From assembly GCF_963921235.1 (NCBI RefSeq), contig NC_086102.1:34720001-34784000 (forward strand): DNA of 64,000 nt. Direction: 5' to 3'. The position numbers and the translations under genes are program-made. Of the stretch, positions 59,380 through 64,000 are shown one piece after another. The stretch comes from Mobula hypostoma (lineage: Eukaryota). Within the stretch, counting starts at the first letter, position 1; every line of letters starts with the position of its first letter. The notes beneath the pieces are model-generated. The model did not search any database. It was not told the origin of the DNA and was given only the letters and a program-made list of their open reading frames with translations.

Positions 59380-62300
59380 GAAATATTATTGTCACATGTA
59401 AGGAGATACATTTGAAAAGCTTGTCTTGCCTACTGTACAAACAGATCAGATCGTTACATAGTGCACTGAAGGTAGAACAACGTAAAACAACGATGCAGGC
59501 CTCACCTTACCTATCACCTGTCAGCTGTACTCCATCCCCTTCCTATCCAGTCATGAAGGGCCTGAAATTTGACTGTTTATTCCCTTCCAGGAATACAGCC
59601 TGTCTTGCTGAGTTCCTTCAGCAATTTTTTTTTGTTGCGTAAGATTTCTATCATCTCCAGAACCTCTTAATGTACAGAACAATGTGTAACTGCTATAGTA
59701 CAGGTAGATTACGAGGTCAAAAGCTTAATTTATTATTCCTGGGAACCTTTTAATAGTCTTATAACAGCAGGTTGGAACCTGTACTTTGGCCTGGTGGTAT
59801 GTGCTTTCAGGCTTTTTGCATCTTCTGCCCAATGGAAGAAGAAAGTGACCGGAGTGGGTGACGTCTTTGATTATGCTGGCTGCTTTACTGAGGCAGCGGG
59901 AACTGTAAATGTAGTCCAGTGAGGGGAGGCTGGTTGCTGTGGTGTGTGCGCTGCAGTTTCTTGCAGTCACGTGCAGAGCAATTGCCATACCAAACTGTCG
60001 TGCATCCAGATAGGATGCTTTCTTTGGTGCATCGATAAAAAATGGTAAAAGTTGACGGGGAAGTAGTGGTGTTGGTTAGCTTTCTTGGTGGTTACATCTA
60101 TGTAGTTGGAGCAGGACAGCATCATGCTCACAAGCCCCTCAACCACAACATCATTGATGTAGACAGGAGCATGTGCTCCCCACCCCTGTCTGAACTGAAT
60201 GACCTGCTCTTCTGTTTTACCGACATTGAGGGAAAGGTTGTTGTCATGACATCACGTTACTAAGCTCTTTCTCAGGTTGACATCAGAACATCCTTCAAGA
60301 GGGTGAGTGAACCCTGACACGGAGTCCAACCCCAATGACGCACCTGGCTGGAGTATTCGAGGATGTTTTCAACCACTCACTGCAGCAGTCAGAAGCTCCC
60401 ATCTGCTTCAAAAGGCCACCAATCATGCCATGCCCAAGAGTAGGGTGAGCTGCCTCAGTGACTATTGCCCAGTAGCTGTCACATCTACTGTGATGAAGTG
60501 CTTCGAGGTTGGTCATGGCTGGAATTACCCCCCGCCTGAACAAGGCCAGCAGAACAGATCTATAGTGGACACAATTTCACTGGCCTTTGGACCACCTGGA
60601 CAGCAGCAATATCTACATCAGTCTGCTGTTTATCGAGTATAGCTCAGCGTTCCATACCATCATCCCGGTTGTACTAATCAACAGACTTCAAAATCTGGGC
60701 CTCAGTATCTCTGCAAATGGATTCCAAACTTCCTCATAGGGAGCTGACAGTCAGTATGGAATGGTGGTAACATCTTCTCGCTGACAATCTACACAGACAC
60801 TCCTCAAGGATCCATGCTTCGTCCGCTGTTCTACTCCATAGAGCAGGTGTTCCTAACCTGGAGTCCACAGCCCCCTTGCTTAATGATACTGGTCCGTGGC
60901 ATAAGAAAGGTTGGGAACATCTGCTCCAGCTCCTTGACTGTGTGGCCAGGCACAGCTGAAATGCCATTTATAAATTTGCCAATGATACAATTGTCGTTGG
61001 CAGAATCTCAGGTGGTGACAAGGAAGTGTTCAGGAGTGAAATAGATGGGGTGGTTCAGTGATGTCGCAGTAACAAGCTTGCATTCAATGTCAGCAAGATG
61101 AAAGAGCTGATTGTGGATGTCAGGAAGGGGAAGTCAAGAGAACACGCATGTGTCTTCATTGAGGGGCCAGTGGTGGAAAGGGTGAGCAGCTTACGTGGGT
61201 GTCAAAGTATCAGAGGATCTATCCTGGGGCCAACATTGATGCGATCATTAGCAAGACGTCCCAATGGCCATACTTCATTGGGAGTTTGAGGAGATTTTGC
61301 TAAGTCACTGAATTTCTACATTTGTACCATAGAGAGCATTCTGACTGGTTGCATCATCGCCTGGTAGGGAGACGCCAATGCACAGGAGTGTAAAAGGTTT
61401 CAGAGGCTTGAGAACTCATCACGAGCACAGGTTTCCCTTCCAACGAGTCGGCAGTTCCTCAGGACGCTGGCATCCATTGTGAAGGGCCCTCATCGTCTGT
61501 GACAGGATTCCCATACTCAACAGTTTCTTTCCCCCCGCCATCACACTTCTGAACGGTTCATGAACACTACCTTTCTCTTCCTTTTTGCACGGCTTATTTA
61601 TTCTTTACTCTAACTTACAGTAATTTGTTTTGCCTGCACTGCACAGCTGCCGCAAAACAACAAATATCGCAACGTACATCAGTGCCAATTAACCGGATTC
61701 CACTCATTCCTGTATTCCAACTCATTGTTGTGTGAGATATGGTCCACCTTGCCAAATTGTGTTCTAGCAGTGAGCCACTTTTTAGAAACTCTCGTCAAGT
61801 TAGGAAAACAACTCTGGGAGCGCACGCCAGGATTTAGACCTGGGGAGATGGCTGGAAGTACTGTTGTATTTCCAAGTTAAAATGGTGTCGCTTCCTGCTT
61901 TCAGTGGTAGAGGCAGATTTGGGAGGGACTGATAGACCAGGTAGATAACTGCACTGCATTTTGTAAATGGTATAAACCCCAGTGCGCAGTTAGCGGAGGA
62001 AATGAATATTTAAAGTAGATGGGATACCAATCCAGAGTTTTTCTGTTCCTGGGCATTGGCAATTCCGATGATCACTTTGTGTGCTCATGTGGTTGGATCA
62101 ACTGTGTTTCTGGTCATCCAGATGGGAAACTGGTCCTGGATGGTGTCAGTTTTGTGTTTCAGGTACAGTCAGGTGGAGAGTATTCCAGCACATGTCTGAT
62201 CTGTGCCTGGCTGTAAATGCTAGAAATGTGCTGTTAGGAGTTTGGTCACCAGCTGCAATATTTGTCAAGGTCAAAAATTTATTATCTAAGTACATATACA

Positions 62301-62880
62301 ATATGTTAGCATATACTACCTTGAGATTCACCACCTTGCTGGCATTTAAAAGAAAATGAAGAAATACAATAGAATTAATAAAAATCTATACATAAACAAA
62401 GAATGGAAAACAAAGGCTGCAAAAGATGACAAACCGTGCAAATAAAAAATAAACAATGCTGCGAACATGGGTTGTAGAAGCCTTGCAGGTGAGTCTGTAG
62501 GTTGTGGAATCAGTTCAGAGTTGAGGTGAGTGAAGTTATCCACGCTGGTTCAGGAGCCTGATGGTTGTAGGGTAATAACTGTTCCTGAACCTGGTAGTGT
62601 GGAACCTAAGGCTTCTGTACCTCCTGTCTGATTGTAGTAGTGAGAAGAGAGCATTGTGGAGTTCCTTTCTTGTGAATGTGCTCAATGGTGGGAAGGGCTT
62701 TGCCTGATAGACTGTGTCCATCACTTTCTGTAGACTTTTCTGTTCCTGGGCATTGGCAATTCCAATGATCTCCTCATGCATCATGTGGTTGGATCATCTG
62801 TGTTTCTGGCCGTTTGTGCTCCCTCCCTCCCCAATCTGAAGATGTGAAAAGCAATGGAATGACATTTTCTCTCAATGTGA
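59380..62880. mobile_element. Mosaic of degenerate Rex1/Babar-like LINE fragments with small inserts (hAT MITE at about 60844-60926)
   Basis: PKSRVSCLSDYCPVAVTSTVMKCFE, MKELIVDVRKGK and RYRSLRFHTTRFRNSYYPTTIRLLN. MITE ends CAGGTGTTCCTAACCT / AGGTTGGGAACATCTG. Confidence 0.8.
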
Positions 62881-62883
62881 GTC

Positions 62884-64000
62884 AATCTGTAGACGCTGCA
62901 AATCCAAAGCACACACACAAAATGCTGGAGAAACTCAGCAGGCCAAGCAGCGTCTACTGTACCGTCAACACTTTGGGCCAAGACCCTTCAGCAGGGCTGG
63001 AGAAAAAAAATGGGTAGATTTAAAAGGTGGGGTGAGGGGAGAGAGAACCACAGGGTGATAGGTGAAACCAGGAGGGGGAGGCATGAAGTAAAGAGCTGGG
63101 ACGTTGATTGGTGAAAGTGATACAGGGCTGGAGGAGGGGGAGTCCGATAAGAGAGAACAGTAAAACATGGAAGAAAGAAAAGTGGGGGAGGAGCACCAGG
63201 GGGAGGTGATGGGCAAGCACGGAGATAAGGTGAGAGAGGGAAAAGGGGAAGGAGAGGGGTGGGGGCCATTACCGGAAGTTTGAGGAATTGATGTTCATGC
63301 CATCAGGCTGGAGGCACCTAGACAGAATATAAGATGTTGTTCCTCTAATCTGCGTGTGGCCTCATCACAACAGTAGAGGAGGCCATAGACTGACATGTCA
63401 GAATGGGAATGGGAGGTGGAATTAAAATGGGTGGCCACTGGGACCTCCAACTTGAGTGTCGCCTCATTGTGACAGAAGAGGATATATCCCATTACCATGC
63501 AGATATGTCCCGGTGGGCATCCATTTTAATTCCACTTCCTATTCCCATTCTGATATGTTAATCCATGGGCTCCTCTATTATCGTGATGAGGCCACACTCA
63601 GGTTGGAGGAACAACACCATATATTCCAACTGGGTAACCTCCAACCTAGTGGCATGAACATTGATTTCTCGAACTTCTGGTAATGCCCCCCGCTGCCCCT
63701 TCCTCATCGTCTTTGCCCTCTCTCACTTTATCTCTTTGCCTGCCCATCGCCTCCCTATGGTGCTCCTTCCCCCTTTTCTTTCTTCCATGGCCTTCTGTCC
63801 TCTCCTATCAGACTCCCCCTTCTCCATCCCTGTATCTCTTCCACCCATCAACTTTCTAGATCTTCACTTCATCCTTTGCCCTCCCAGTTTCACCGATCAC
63901 CCTGTGCTTCTGCCTCCCCTCCCCCAACCTTCTAACTCATCTTTTTTTTCTCCAGTCCTACCGAAACATCAACTGTACTTTTTTCCCATAGATGCTGCCT
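62884..64000. mobile_element. Head-to-head inverted pair of Penelope-like 3' ends (minus about 62884-63495, plus about 63500 to window end)
   Basis: ORFs 63295-63498 (-) and 63456-63683 (+) both encode HFNSTS.SHSDM...GLLY..DEAT.RLEEQH.IF.LG. Each is followed by a pyrimidine tract and terminal repeat. Degenerate hammerhead at about 62962-62998 (-). Confidence 0.88.

Noticed and set aside
1-64000. CRISPR arrays, operons or other prokaryotic systems
   Set aside because: The sequence is vertebrate, with spliceosomal introns. The recurring short repeats are dispersed retroelement ends, not regularly spaced arrays.

Overview
Vertebrate nuclear DNA, most likely a cartilaginous fish and probably a ray, inferred from its CR1/HER1-type LINEs, tRNA-derived SINEs, Rex1/Babar LINEs and Penelope-like elements. 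Four protein-coding genes can be built from the sequence. (1) An intact single-exon FAM172/ARB2-family gene, FAM172B-like (+, 3022-4053), whose hydrolase nucleophile motif is HGYGG rather than HSYGG. (2) TXNL4B/Dim2 (-, three coding exons, 149 aa), head-to-head with (3) TRMT10C (+, single coding exon, 430 aa). (4) PCNP (-, five coding exons, 179 aa), convergent with TRMT10C and followed by about 4 kb of repeat-poor putative 3' UTR. Most of the remaining sequence is retrotransposon debris, and most ORF-track entries are fragments of it. The main non-gene signal is a family of short Penelope-derived insertions carrying a minimal hammerhead ribozyme. Two copies have identical, core-intact 36-nt motifs with a palindromic ACGU helix III, both flanked by target-site duplications (TSDs). 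They sit in a four-level nested insertion (CR1 > L1 > CR1 > Penelope-derived element) in PCNP intron 3. A TSD-flanked fold-back copy centred on the ribozyme lies in PCNP intron 1. A candidate poison/alternative exon ends only 23 nt upstream of PCNP exon 2. Comparisons with human genes are from memory, and no searches were run.
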